DNA from: an uncultured Candidatus Binatia bacterium
Lineage (GTDB): Bacteria; Desulfobacterota; Binatia; UBA9968; JAJDTQ01
Assembly: GCA_964291295.2 (NCBI GenBank)
Contig: OZ219754.1
Location: 3,584,016-3,648,015 of the forward strand
Direction of reading: 5' to 3'
DNA: 64,000 bases
Shown here: in pieces, positions 39,601 through 51,600 of the stretch
Numbering within the stretch: position 1 is the first letter of the stretch
Layout of the letters: every line of letters starts with the position of its first letter
Made by a program: the position numbers and the translations under genes
The notes under the pieces: generated by a model
The model's input: the letters and a program-made list of their open reading frames with translations, nothing else
Told to the model about the DNA's origin: nothing
Database searches by the model: none

Positions 39601-42600
39601 TCTCGACCTGATGACTCGGCGAACCGCTCAACGTCACCGTGAAGTTCATGGCCGTCTTGTGAGAGTCGCCCTCCGTGACACTCGCATTCGCCACCGAAAT
39701 GGTGTGGCCGGTGGAAGTCGTGTCGTCGTCGTCCGTGATCGTGCCGGTCGCTTCGAGTCTCGTCTCGCCGCCGGCAAAGGCCACGCGACTGTCGGTCGTG
39801 CGCAGGACGTTCAACCGCAGCGTAAAGGTCTCGTCGTCCTCTTCGACCTCGTCGCCCAGTATCTTCACCGTCACCGTCTTGCTCAGCCCCGCGCCGGTCG
39901 CGTTCGCCGCAAACACCAGCTTCCGTCTCTGGAAACCGATGAAGTCCCGGCCAGCCCCCCTGCCTCCCTTCGCCGTATCGCCCGAGCCCTTGGCCCACGC
40001 CGTCGCCTGAATCTCCACCTGATGACTCGGCGAACCGCTCAACGTCACCGTGAAGTTCATGTCCGTCTCGCCGGAGTCGCCCTCCATGACACTCACGTCC
40101 GCCACCGAAATCGTCAGAGCCGCAGCCACGGTCTGCGTCACCGTCAACACCACATCCTTCGTGTCCGTGTTGCCGTTCCCGTCCGACGCCGTCACCGTCA
40201 TCGTGTACGTGCCCGGAGCCGTCGTCGTGAACGTGAGCTGCGCCGCATTCAGCGCCGTACCGTTCGGAATCGCCGGCGTCGTCTCGCCCGCCTTGCGCGT
40301 CCACGCGTACGTCACCGTGTCCCCGTCGCCGTCCGTCGCCGACGCCGTGATGTCCACATCCTCGCCCACCGTCACCGTCTGGGCCGTCAGCGACGCCAGC
40401 ACCGGCGAAGCGTCGTCGTCCTCGATCGTGCCACTCGCCGTGGCCGGGTCCGGCAGCGTCGCGCCAACCGCATCGCTCAGCTTCAGCACCACCGTCTCGT
40501 CCGCCTCGTCCAACTCGTCGCCGGTCACCGCAACCGTCACCGTCTTTGCCAGGGCCGCCCCGGTGCTGCCCGCGGCAAAGGTCAGCGTGCCCGCCGTCAG
40601 GGCGGTGAAGTCCGTGCCCGAGGTCGCCGTCGAGGCGCCGCTGTCCACCGCGTAGTCCACCGTCACCGCTCGACCGCTGGTCGCACCCAGCGTCACCGTG
40701 AACACCATGTTCGTGCTGCCCGAATCGCCCTCCGTCACCGCCGCCGGCGCCGCGATGGACAGGGCCGGCGGGTCGTCGTTGTCGGTAATCGTGCCCGTCG
40801 CCGTCGCGTCGCCGAGCGTCACCCCGGACGACGGCTCCGACAGCGTCACCGTGAACGTCTCGTCCGGCTCGTCCAGCGCGTCGTCCGTCACCGACACCGT
40901 GATCGTCGTGCTGCTCGCGTTCGCCGCGATGGTCGCCGCAGTGGCCGTCGTCACCGCCGTGAAGTCCGTGTCCGCGGTCGCCGTGTCGCCGCTCTCCGCC
41001 GTCACGGTGTACTTGAACGTCACCTCCGAGGATGACGCCGGCGCAGCCGTCACGGTGAACGTGAACGTCCCGTCCTCGGCCGCCGTCACGTCCGCGACGC
41101 TCAGCGACACCGCCTGCGGCGTCGCCGTCACCACCGACGACTGCGCGCCGTTGCCGCCCACGTTTACCGCACGGATGCGGAAACTGTAGGCACTGCCGTT
41201 CTCCAGACCCGTCACCTTGTGGGTCGTCGTCTCCGCGTCCGAACCCGAGATCGCCGTCCACGAACCCCAGGCGGCGCTCCCCTTCTTCTGCTGCAGCTCG
41301 TAACGCGTGATCGATGCGTCCTCCGGATCGTCCCAGGACAACGCCACCTCGGCATTGCCGCCCGTCGCATCCAGACCCGACGGAGCAGCCGGCACCGGCT
41401 GCGTCACCGTCAACACCACATCCTTCGTGTCCGTGTTGCCGTTCCCGTCCGACGCCGTCACCGTCATCGTGTACGTGCCCGGAGCCGTCGTCGTGAACGT
41501 GAGCTGCGCCGCATTCAGCGCCGTACCGTTCGGAATCGCCGGCGTCGTCTCGCCCGCCTTGCGCGTCCACGCGTACGTCACCGTGTCCCCGTCGCCGTCC
41601 GTCGCCGACGCCGTGATGTCCACATCCTCGCCCACCGTCACCGTCTGGGCCGTCAGCGACGCCAGCACCGGCGAAGCGTCGTCGTCCTCGATCGTGCCAC
41701 TCGCCGTGGCCGGGTCCGGCAGCGTCGCGCCAACCGCATCGCTCAGCTTCAGCACCACCGTCTCGTCCGCCTCGTCCAACTCGTCGCCGGTCACCGCAAC
41801 CGTCACCGTCTTTGCCAGGGCCGCCCCGGTGCTGCCCGCGGCAAAGGTCAGCGTGCCACCCGCCAGTGCCGTGAAGTCCGTGCCCGATGTCGCCGTCGAG
41901 GCGCCGCTGTCCACCGCGTAGCCCACCGTCACTTGCCGACCGCTGGTCGCGCCCAGCGTCACCGTGAACACCATGTCCGTGCTGCCCGAATCGCCCTCCG
42001 TCACCGCCGCCGGCGCCGCGATGGACAGGGACGGCGGATCGTCGTTGTCGGTGATCGTGCCCGTTGCGGTGGCGTCGGACAGCGTCACCCCGGACGACGG
42101 ATCCGACAGCGTCACCGTGAACGTCTCGTCCGGCTCGTCCACGGCGTCGTCCGTCACCGACACCGTGATCGTCGCGCTGCTCGCGTTCGCCGCGATCGTC
42201 GCTGACGTCGCCGTCGTCACTGCCGTGAAGTCCGCGCCCGCCGTCGCGGTATCGCCGCTCGCCGCCGTCACCGTGTACTTGAACGTCACCTCCGAGGAAG
42301 ACACCGGCGCAGCCGTCACGGTGAACGTGAAGGTACCGTCCTCGGCCGCCGTCACATCCGCGATGCTCAGCGCAGTGGACTGCGGCGGATCATTCAGTGT
42401 GCCGTCGGCGGTCTTGTCGACGCCGAGCGCGTAGCCGGTCCCGTCGTTCAGCGTGACCCGGTAGGTCTCCGCGCTCTCCGCGTCCGAGTCCGTGCTGGTG
42501 GGGATCGTCACCGTGCCCGTCGTGCTGGCACTGACGCCGAACGAAGCAGTGAAGTTCCGCGGACCCAGCGTGCCCGGTATGTCGTCCGCGTCGAAACCGC

Positions 42601-45600
42601 TCGAACCACGGTCCGATAGCGTCAGGCTCACCGTCAGATCGCCCGTCAACGCACGGTCCGAAGACACCGTCAGGCTGATGTCCTCGCCCTCCGTCACCGC
42701 CGCCGGATCCGTCGATAGCTGCAAGGTCGGCGTCGTGTCAGTCACCGTCACCTTCACCTTGGGGTTCGAGGCGGCAATCAGAACGTAGTCGTCGCGATTC
42801 GTCGAGCTGTGCGTCAGCGTCGCCGTGTCATTGACCGTGTCCTCGTCTGCGCCCGCCCTCACCGTCACCGTCTGCGCCTCGCTCCAGTTCGCGACGGTGA
42901 AGATCAGCGTGTCCTCGTCCACCGTCACCTCGCCCGACTCGCCGCCCACGCTCAGGGTCACGTCCCCCCCACGCGGGCGCGCGGCCAGTTTCACCGTGTA
43001 CGCGCCGCTGCTCCCCTCTTCCACCGTCAGCGCGGATGTCGAAACGACAAGCGCCGGCTTCACCAACGGCGTCGACGTCACCCCGGCCGAGGCCGCCCCC
43101 TTGCCGCCCGCGTTCTCCGCGCGAACCTGGAACGTGTACGCCGTCCCGTTGGTCAGACCCGTCACCGTGTAGCTCGTGGTCCCCGCACCGGCGCCGGTCA
43201 TCGCCGTCCACTCGCCGTATGCGCCCCCGTCCGACTTCTGACGGTACTCCCAGCCGGTGATCGTCGTATCCCCCAGACCAAGCCACTGCAGCGTCACCTC
43301 ACCGTCGCCTGCCCTGCTTGACAGATTCTGCGGCGCCCCAGGCGGCGTCCGCGGCGTCGCCGACACCCGCGCCGACCAGTGACCGCCCTCGGTACCGAAC
43401 GCCCGCACCTGGAAATGATGCGCCGCGCTGTTCGTCAGACCCGTCACCACCGCGCTCGTCGTCTCCGCATCGGAACCGGTCACGTCCATCGCCGCGCCCC
43501 AAACGCTCGCGCTGGCCAGCTTCCAGCGGTACTGCCACTTCGTGATGGCCGCATTGCCCGGATCCGTCCACGACAGCGTCACCTGACCGCTGCCCGCCTT
43601 CGCACTCACCCCCGCCGGCCTCGGGAACGGCTCCGCGCCCGGCGTCGCCGTCACCTTCGCCGAGGCCGACCCCGCGCCCTGATCGTTCACCGCCCGAATC
43701 CGCAGATCGTACGGCGTCCCGTTGGTCAGACTGGTGAAGGTATGGCTCGTGGTGGACGCATCGGAACCGCCAATGTCCGTCCACGTTCCAGGCCAGTTGC
43801 CGGCGCTGGCCAGCTTCTGCTGCACCTGCCATTTGGTCACGCTCGGATCCCCGAAGGCGCTCCAGACCACCCGCACCTGAGCGCTGCTCGGTTCGGTGGC
43901 GGTAATCACCGGCTGCCCGGGAACACCCCCCGCCGGCGTTGCCGTCACCTCCGCCGAGGCCGCACTGGCCGCACTCCCGCTCCTCGAACGAATCCGGAAC
44001 GCGTACGCCGTGCCGTTGCTCAGACCCGACACCGAGTAGCTGGTCGTGGCCGCGCCGGAACCGCTCATCGCCGTCCACTCGCCGTACTCGCCGCCAGCCG
44101 CCTTCTGCCGGTACTCCCAACCCGTCAGCGTCGGGTTCGCCGCATCCGTCCAGCTCAGCTTCACGTGCCGGTTGCCCGCCGCCGCCGCCAGACCCGCCGG
44201 CTGCGCCAGCGGACCGAACCAGACATGGCCGACCGCCGATTCCGGACCCGCCTTCTCCCCGTTGAGCGCGCGCACCCTCACATTGCGCAGACCCGTCAGC
44301 AGAACGCCCCCTGGCGACAAGTTGAAGAACCTCTGGGTCGTCTGCGGCTGATTGCTGTTGGACAGGTTCAGCGTCCCGAAGGAGGTCCAGGACACGTCGC
44401 TCCAATCCTGGGCGGCGGTCTTGACCTGCATTTCCGCCGTCGTGATCCGCCCGCAGTTGGCCGGAACGCTCACCGTCAAGTACAGTATTTTCCGATTCCG
44501 CTGCCCCAGCGACGAAACCGCAATCCTGCACGGCGCCGCCGCCGATGTCGTCGTGTCGGTCACCGTTACCGACACGTCGTCGATGCTCAGCGACGAGCCG
44601 TAGTTCGTGTCCGTGCTCGACGCCGCATGCGTCAGCGTCGCCGCGTCGTTCGTCGTGTCCGTATCGGACCCGGCGTTCACCGTCACCGTCTGCGCCGTGC
44701 CGTAGTTCGACGGCGTGAACGTCAACGGCGAACCCGTCACCGTCACCTCGCCCGACTCGCCGCCCACCGTCACCGTCACGTCCGCCGTCGGCTCCGTGTC
44801 CAGCTTCACCGTGTAGCTGCCGTTGCTGCCTTCATTCACCGTCAGCGAGGTCGGCGAGACCGTCACGCCCGCCGTGTCGTCGTCCGTGATCGTGCCCGTC
44901 GCCGTGGCGCCCGAGAGCGTCACCCCGGACGACGGATCGGACAGCGTCACCGTGAACGTCTCGTCCGATTCGTCCAGGGCGTCGTCCGTCACCGACACCG
45001 TGATCGTCGTGGTCGTCGCGTTCGCCGCGATCGTCGCCGCGGTGGCCGTCGTCACCGCCGTGAAGTCCGTATCCGCCGTCGCCGTGTCGCCGCTCTCCGC
45101 CGTCACCGTGTACTTGAACGTCACCTCCGAGGACGGCGCCGGAGCGGCCGTCACGGTGAACGCGAACGTGCCGTCTTCCGCCGCCGTCACGTCCGCGATG
45201 CTCAGCGACACCGTCGGCGTTGTTGTCGCCGCCGTCACCGTGATCGCTACCGTCCCGGTGTCCTTGTTGCCGTTGCCGTCCGAGGCCGTCACCGTCATCG
45301 TGTACGTGCCGGTCTCGGTCGGGGTGAAGGTGAGCCGGGCCTGGTTCAGCGCCGGACTGCCGGGAATCGCCGGAGTCGTCTCGCCCGCCTTGCGCGTCCA
45401 GAGATACGTCACCGTGTCGCCGTCGCCGTCCGTCGCCGATGCCGTGATGTCCACGTCCTCGCCCACCGTCACCGACTGGGCCGTCAGCGCCGCCAGCACC
45501 GGCGACACGTCGTCGTCCGTGATCGTGCCCGTCGCCGTCGCCGGGTCCGGCAGGGCCGCGCCAACCGCATTGCTCAGCTTCAGCACCACCGTCTCGTCCG

Positions 45601-48600
45601 CCTCGTCCAACTCGTCGCCCGCCACCGCCACGGTGAGCGTCTTGCTGGTCTCGCCGGCCGCAAACGTCAGCGTGCCAGACAGATCGGTGAAGTCCGCCGC
45701 GCTCGCCGTCGACGCCGTATCGACCCCGTAGTCCACCGTCACCGCCTTGCCGCTGGCGGCGTCCAGCGCGACCGTGAAGGTCATGTCCGTGCTGCCGCTG
45801 TCGCCTTCCGCAACTGCCGCCGGCGCCGCGATCGACAGGACCGGCGGATCGTCGTTGTCCGTGATCGTGCCCGTCGCGGTCGCGTCGCCCAGCGTCACCC
45901 CGGACGACGGCTCCGACAGCGTCACCGTGAAGGTTTCGTCCGACTCGTCCAGGGCGTCGTCCGTCACCGCAACCGTGATCGTCGTGCTCGTCGCGTTCGC
46001 CGCGATCGTCGCCGGCGTCGGCGTCGTCACCGCCGTGAAGTCCGTGTCCGCCGTCGCCGTGTCGCCGCTCTCCGCGGTCACCGTGTACTTGAACGTCACC
46101 TGCGAGGATGACGCCGGCGCAGCCGTCACCGTGAATGTGAACGTCCCGTCCTCCGCCGCCGTCACGTCCGCGATGCTCAGCGCGGGGGACTGCGGCGGGT
46201 CGTTCAGTGTGCCGTCCGCCGTCTTGTCCACGCCCAGCGCGTAGCCGGTCCCGTCGTTCAGCGTGATCGTGTAGGTCTCCGCGCCCTCCGTATCCGAGTC
46301 GGTGCTGGTCGGGATCGTTACCGTACCCGTCGTGCCGGCGGTGTTGCCGAAGGACGCGGTGAAGTTCCGCGGGCCCAGCGTGCCCGGGATGTCGTCCGCG
46401 TCGAAACCGCTCGATCCACGGTCGGCAAGCGTCAGGCTCACCGTCAGATCGCCCGTCAACGCGCGGTCAGAAGACACCGGCAGACTGATCGCCGCCCCCT
46501 CCGTCACCGCCGCCGGATCCGTCGAAAGCTGCAACGTCGGCGTGGTGTCCGTGATCGAAACCGTCACCGAGTCGATCGACACCGAACCGTAGCCGCCGCC
46601 GGAAGCGCTGTGCGTCAGCGTCACCGCGCTGTCCGTCGTCGTGTCCTCGTCCGACGCCGCGCTCACTGTCACCGTCTGTGCTGTGGCGTAGTTCGAAGTC
46701 GTGAACGTCAGACTGGCCGGCTCCACCGTCACGTCGCCCGAGGCGCCGCCCACCGTCAACGTCACGTCACCGGTCGGCTCCGTGTCCAGCACCAACGTGT
46801 ACTCGCCGCTGCCGCCTTCCTCCACCGTCAGCGCAGTCGCCGACACCGACACCCCCGCCGTGTCGTTGTCCTCGATCGTCCCCGTCGCCGTCGCGTCGCC
46901 CAGCGACGCCCCGGCAGACGGCTCCGACAGCGTCACCGTGAACGTCTCGTCCGACTCCGCTACCGCGTCGTCCGTCACCGACACCGTGATCGTCGCGCTG
47001 CTCGCGTTCGCCGCGACCGACGCTGCAACCGCCGTCGTCACCGCCGTGAAGTCCGTGTCCGCGGTCGCCGTGTCGCCGCTCTCCGCCGTCACGGTGTACT
47101 TGAACGTCACCTCCGAGGACGGCGCCGGAGCGGCCGTCACGGTGAACGCGAACGTGCCGTCTTCCGCCGCCGTCACGTCCGCGATGCTCAGCGACACCGC
47201 CTGCGGAGTCGCCGTCACCACCGACGACTGCGCGCCGTTGCCGCCCACGTTTACCGCACGGATGCGGAAACTGTAGGCACTGCCGTTCTCCAGACCCGTC
47301 ACCTTGTGGGTCGTCGTCTCCGCGTCCGAACCCGAGATCGCCGTCCACGAACCCCAGGCGGCGCTCCCCTTCTTCTGCTGCAGCTCGTAACGCGTGATCG
47401 ATGCGTCCTCCGGATCGTCCCAGGACAACGCCACCTCGGCATTGCCGCCCGTCGCATCCAGACCCGACGGAGCAGCCGGCACCGGCTGCGTCACCGTGAA
47501 CGTCACATCCTTCGTGTCCGTGTTGCCGTTGCCGTCCGACGCCGTCACCGTCATCGTGTACGTGCCCGGAGCCGTCGTCGTGAAGGTGAGCTGCGCCGCA
47601 TTCAGCGCCGTGCCGTTCGGAATCGCCGGCGTCGTCTCGCCCGACTCGCGCGTCCACGCGTAACTGATCGTGTCGTTGTCGCCGTCCGTCGCCGACGCCG
47701 TCACGTCCACGTCCTGACCCACCGTCAGCGACTGATCCGCGATCTCCACCAGCACCGGAGACTCGTCGTCGTCCTCGATCGTGCCACTCGCCGTGGCCGG
47801 GTCCGGCAGCGCCGCGCCGACCGCATCGCTCAGCTTCAGCACCACCGTCTCGTCGAACTCGTCGGACTCGTCGCCGGTCACCGAGACCGTGACCGTCTGC
47901 GCCAGGGCGGACCCGGTGCTGCCGGCGGCAAAGGTCAGCGTGCCAGCCGACAGGGCGGTGAAGTCCGTCCCCGATGTCGCCGTCGAGGAGGTGCTGTCCA
48001 CCGCGTAGCCCACCGTCACCTGCCGACCGCTGGCGGCGTCCAGCGTGACCGTGAAGGTCATGTCCGTGCTGCCGCTGTCGCCTTCCGTGACCGCCGGCGG
48101 CGACACGATGGACAGGGCCGGCGGATCGTCGTTGTCGGTGATCGTGCCCGTTGCGGTGGCGTCGGACAGCGTGACGCCGGCGGACGGATCGGACAGCGTC
48201 ACCGTGAACGTCTCGTCGGCCTCGTCCAGCACGTCGTCCGTCACCGACACCGTGATCGTCTTGCTGCTTGCGTTCGCCGCGATGGTTGCCGTGGTGGCCG
48301 TCGTCACCGCCGTGAAGTCCGTGTCCGCGGTCGCCGTGTCGCCGCTCTCCGCCGTCACCGTGTACTTGAATGTCACCTCCGAGGACGGCGCCGGAGCCGC
48401 CGTCACCGTGAACGTGAAGGTCCCGTCTTCCGCCGCCGACACGTCCGCGATGCTCAGCGATACCGTGCCGTCGTTCAGTGTGCCGTCGGCGGTCACGTCA
48501 TCGCCGACCGCATAGCCATCGGCGTCGTTCAGCGTGATCCGGTAGGTCTCCGCGTTCTCCGCATCCGAGTCCGTACTGGTCGGGATGGTCACCGTACCCG

Positions 48601-51600
48601 TCGTGCTGGCACTGTTACCGAACGACGCGGTGAAGTCCCGCGGACCCAGCGGGCCCGGTATGTCGTCCGCGTCGAACCCGCTCGATCCACGGTCCGAAAG
48701 CGTCAGGCTCACCGGCAGATCGCCCGTCAGCGCCCGGTCCGACGACACCGAAAGACTGATGTCCGACCCCTCGGTCACCGCCGCCGGATCCGTCGAAAGC
48801 TGCAAGGTCGGCGTCGTGTCGGTCACCGTTACCGTGACGTCGTCGATGCTCAGGGAGGCGCCGTAGTCCGTGTCGGTGCTGGACGCCGTGTGCGTCAGCG
48901 TCGCCGCGTCGTCCGTCGTGTCCTCGTCGGCCCCGGCGTTGACCGTCACCGTCTGGGCCGTACCGAAGTTGGCCGGCGTGAACGTCAGCGAAGACGGGAT
49001 CGCCGTCACCTCGCCCGATTCGCCGCCAACCATCACCGTCACGTTCGCCGACGGCGCCGTGTCCAGCTTCACCGTGTACTCGCCGCTGTCGCCCTCTTCG
49101 ATCGTCAGTGCAGTCGGGGAGATGGTCACGCCCGCTACGCCGACCGGCGTTGCCGTCACACTGTCCGAAATCGCTCCGTTTCCGACATCGTTCACCGCGC
49201 GGATCCTGAAGGTGTAAGAGACGTTGTTGGTCAGACCACTCACCGTGTGGCTCGTGGTCGCAGCGCCAGCCCCTGGCATGGTCATCCACCCGCCGTAGCC
49301 GCCCTCGGCCTTCTGCTGATACTGCCAACCTGTGATGCCGGGGTTGTTCGGGTCGTCCCATGACAACGTCACTTGACCGTCAGCCGGGTCAACGGCGAAA
49401 CCGGTCGGTTTGACGGGAACGGTTGCGGGGTCGTTCAACGCGCCCTCGACTGTCTTGTCGGCGCCGAGCGCATAGCCGGTCCCGTCGTTCAGCGTGATCG
49501 TGTAGGTTTCCAGGCCCTCCGCATCCATATCGGCGTTCGTCCCGATCAATACCGTGCCCGTGGTGCTCGGGGTCGTGCCGAAGGACGCGGCGAGATTGCG
49601 CGGACCCAGCGAGCCAATGATGTCGTCCGCGTCAAAGCCGCTCACGCCGCGGTCGGCCAGCGTCAGGTTCACCATCAGATCGCCCGTGAGCTGCCGGTCG
49701 GACGTCACCGTCAGACTGATGTCCGCCCCCTCCGTCACCGCCGCAGGGTCGGCAACGAGTGTGAGGATTGGCGTCGTCTCGGTGATCGACACATTTACCG
49801 ATGCGATCGTCGCCCCATCGTAGCCGCCGCCCGCGGCGCTGTGCGTCAGGGTCACGTCGGGGTCTTCAGTCGTGTCCTCATCGGCAGCAACCACTACCGT
49901 TATCGTCTGCGGGACATTGTAGTTCGAGGCGGTAAACCTGATCGGAGGACCCGTCACCGTCACATCGCTTGAAGAGGCGCCGCTCACGGTCAGCGTGACA
50001 TCGCCGGACGGCTCGGAGGTCAGCGCTACCGTATAGGTGTCGCTACTGCCCTCCGCCACTTCCAGGCGGGTCCTGGAAACAGTGGCGGCATTGGAGACGG
50101 TGATCACCAAATCTTCCGTGTCCGTGTTGCCGTTGCCGTCACTGGCCGTCACTGTCATCGTGTACGTGCCCACAGCCGGCGGCGTGAATGCCAACCGCGC
50201 CTGATTCAGCGCCGTGCCGCCCGGCAACGCAGGAGTCATCTCGCTGGAATCGCGCGCCCAGACGTAGGTGATCGCGTCCCCGTCCGCGTCCGTCGCCGCA
50301 GCCGCGATGTCCACCGTCTGCCCCAGCTTGACGGCGGCAGCGTCAATCGCCCCCAGCACAGGCGAGGCGTCATCGTCCGTGATCGTCACCGTGGTCACGG
50401 CATTGCCCAGCTCGGGGGCATCCCCGGACCGGCTTGCACCCGCCAGCGCAATCGTCACCGTGAAGGTCTCATCAGGCTCATCCAGCGCGTCGTCCGTGAT
50501 CGGAATCACGATATCCGCGGTCGTAGCGGCGGTCGGGAAGTCCACGGACGTCACGGCGTCGTTGTCATAGTCACCGTTCGACGGCTCCGCAGCGCCCGTC
50601 GCCGCGCCGCCATACGTGACATCGAACGCCGCCGGGTTGTCGAGTGCCCTGGAGGCGGTGATCCGCACCGTCGCGCTGCCCGCACCCTCGGCCACCGTCA
50701 GCGCCGCCGGTACCGACACTGTCCTGGTGGACGGCGTCGCCGTCACCTCGTCGGAGGCAGCGCCTTCATCATCGGGATTCACCGCCCTGTTCACTGCGCG
50801 CACCTTGAAGGTGTACAAAGAGCCGTTGGTCAGACTCGTCACCACATGACGGGTAGTAGACGCGTCGGAACCGGGAATGGGCGTCCAGTTGCCGTAGTTG
50901 CCGCCGCCCGCCTTCTGCTGGTATTCCCATCCGGTGATGCTGGCGTTGTTCGGATTGTTCCAGGACAGCGTGATCCGACTGTCCCCGGCGGTGGCGGTCA
51001 GACCCGTCGGCCTGGCGGGGTTCGGAACCGGGGTCGCCGGGACAGTCGCGATGTTGCCCGGGAAACTGCCATCAAACCCGGCAACCTGGAAATCGTATCT
51101 CCTGTTGTTCGTCAGACCGGTCACCGTGTGATTCCCGATCGTCTGGCTCGCGGTCCCGGTGGACCCGGAGATGATCTGCCAGTTTCCGTACTGGACCTCC
51201 GGAAATCTCCTCCAGCGCACCCTCCAGTTGTCGATGCCCGGGTCCTTCGGGTTCCCCCAGGACAGCGTTACCTTGCCGTTGCCCGCCGCCGCGCCAAGCC
51301 CGGTCGGCGCGGCGGGTTTTCTGGTTGGCTGTCCAGTCACCTCTGCCGCGGGGCCAGCACCGGCGCTGTTCGACGCGCGCACCTGGAAGGTATACGTGGT
51401 CCCGTTGGTCAGCCCCGTCACCGCGTGGCGATTCGTTGTCGGGCTGGAGGAAATCAGCGTCCAGGTATCGCTGAATGTACCCGCTCCTGACTTCTGCCGG
51501 AACTCCCACCTCGTGATGCTGGGGTTGTTCGGGTCGTTCCACAGCAGCGTCACTCTCTTGTCGCTGCCCTCTGCCCTGAGACCGGCCGGTGCGGCAGGCC

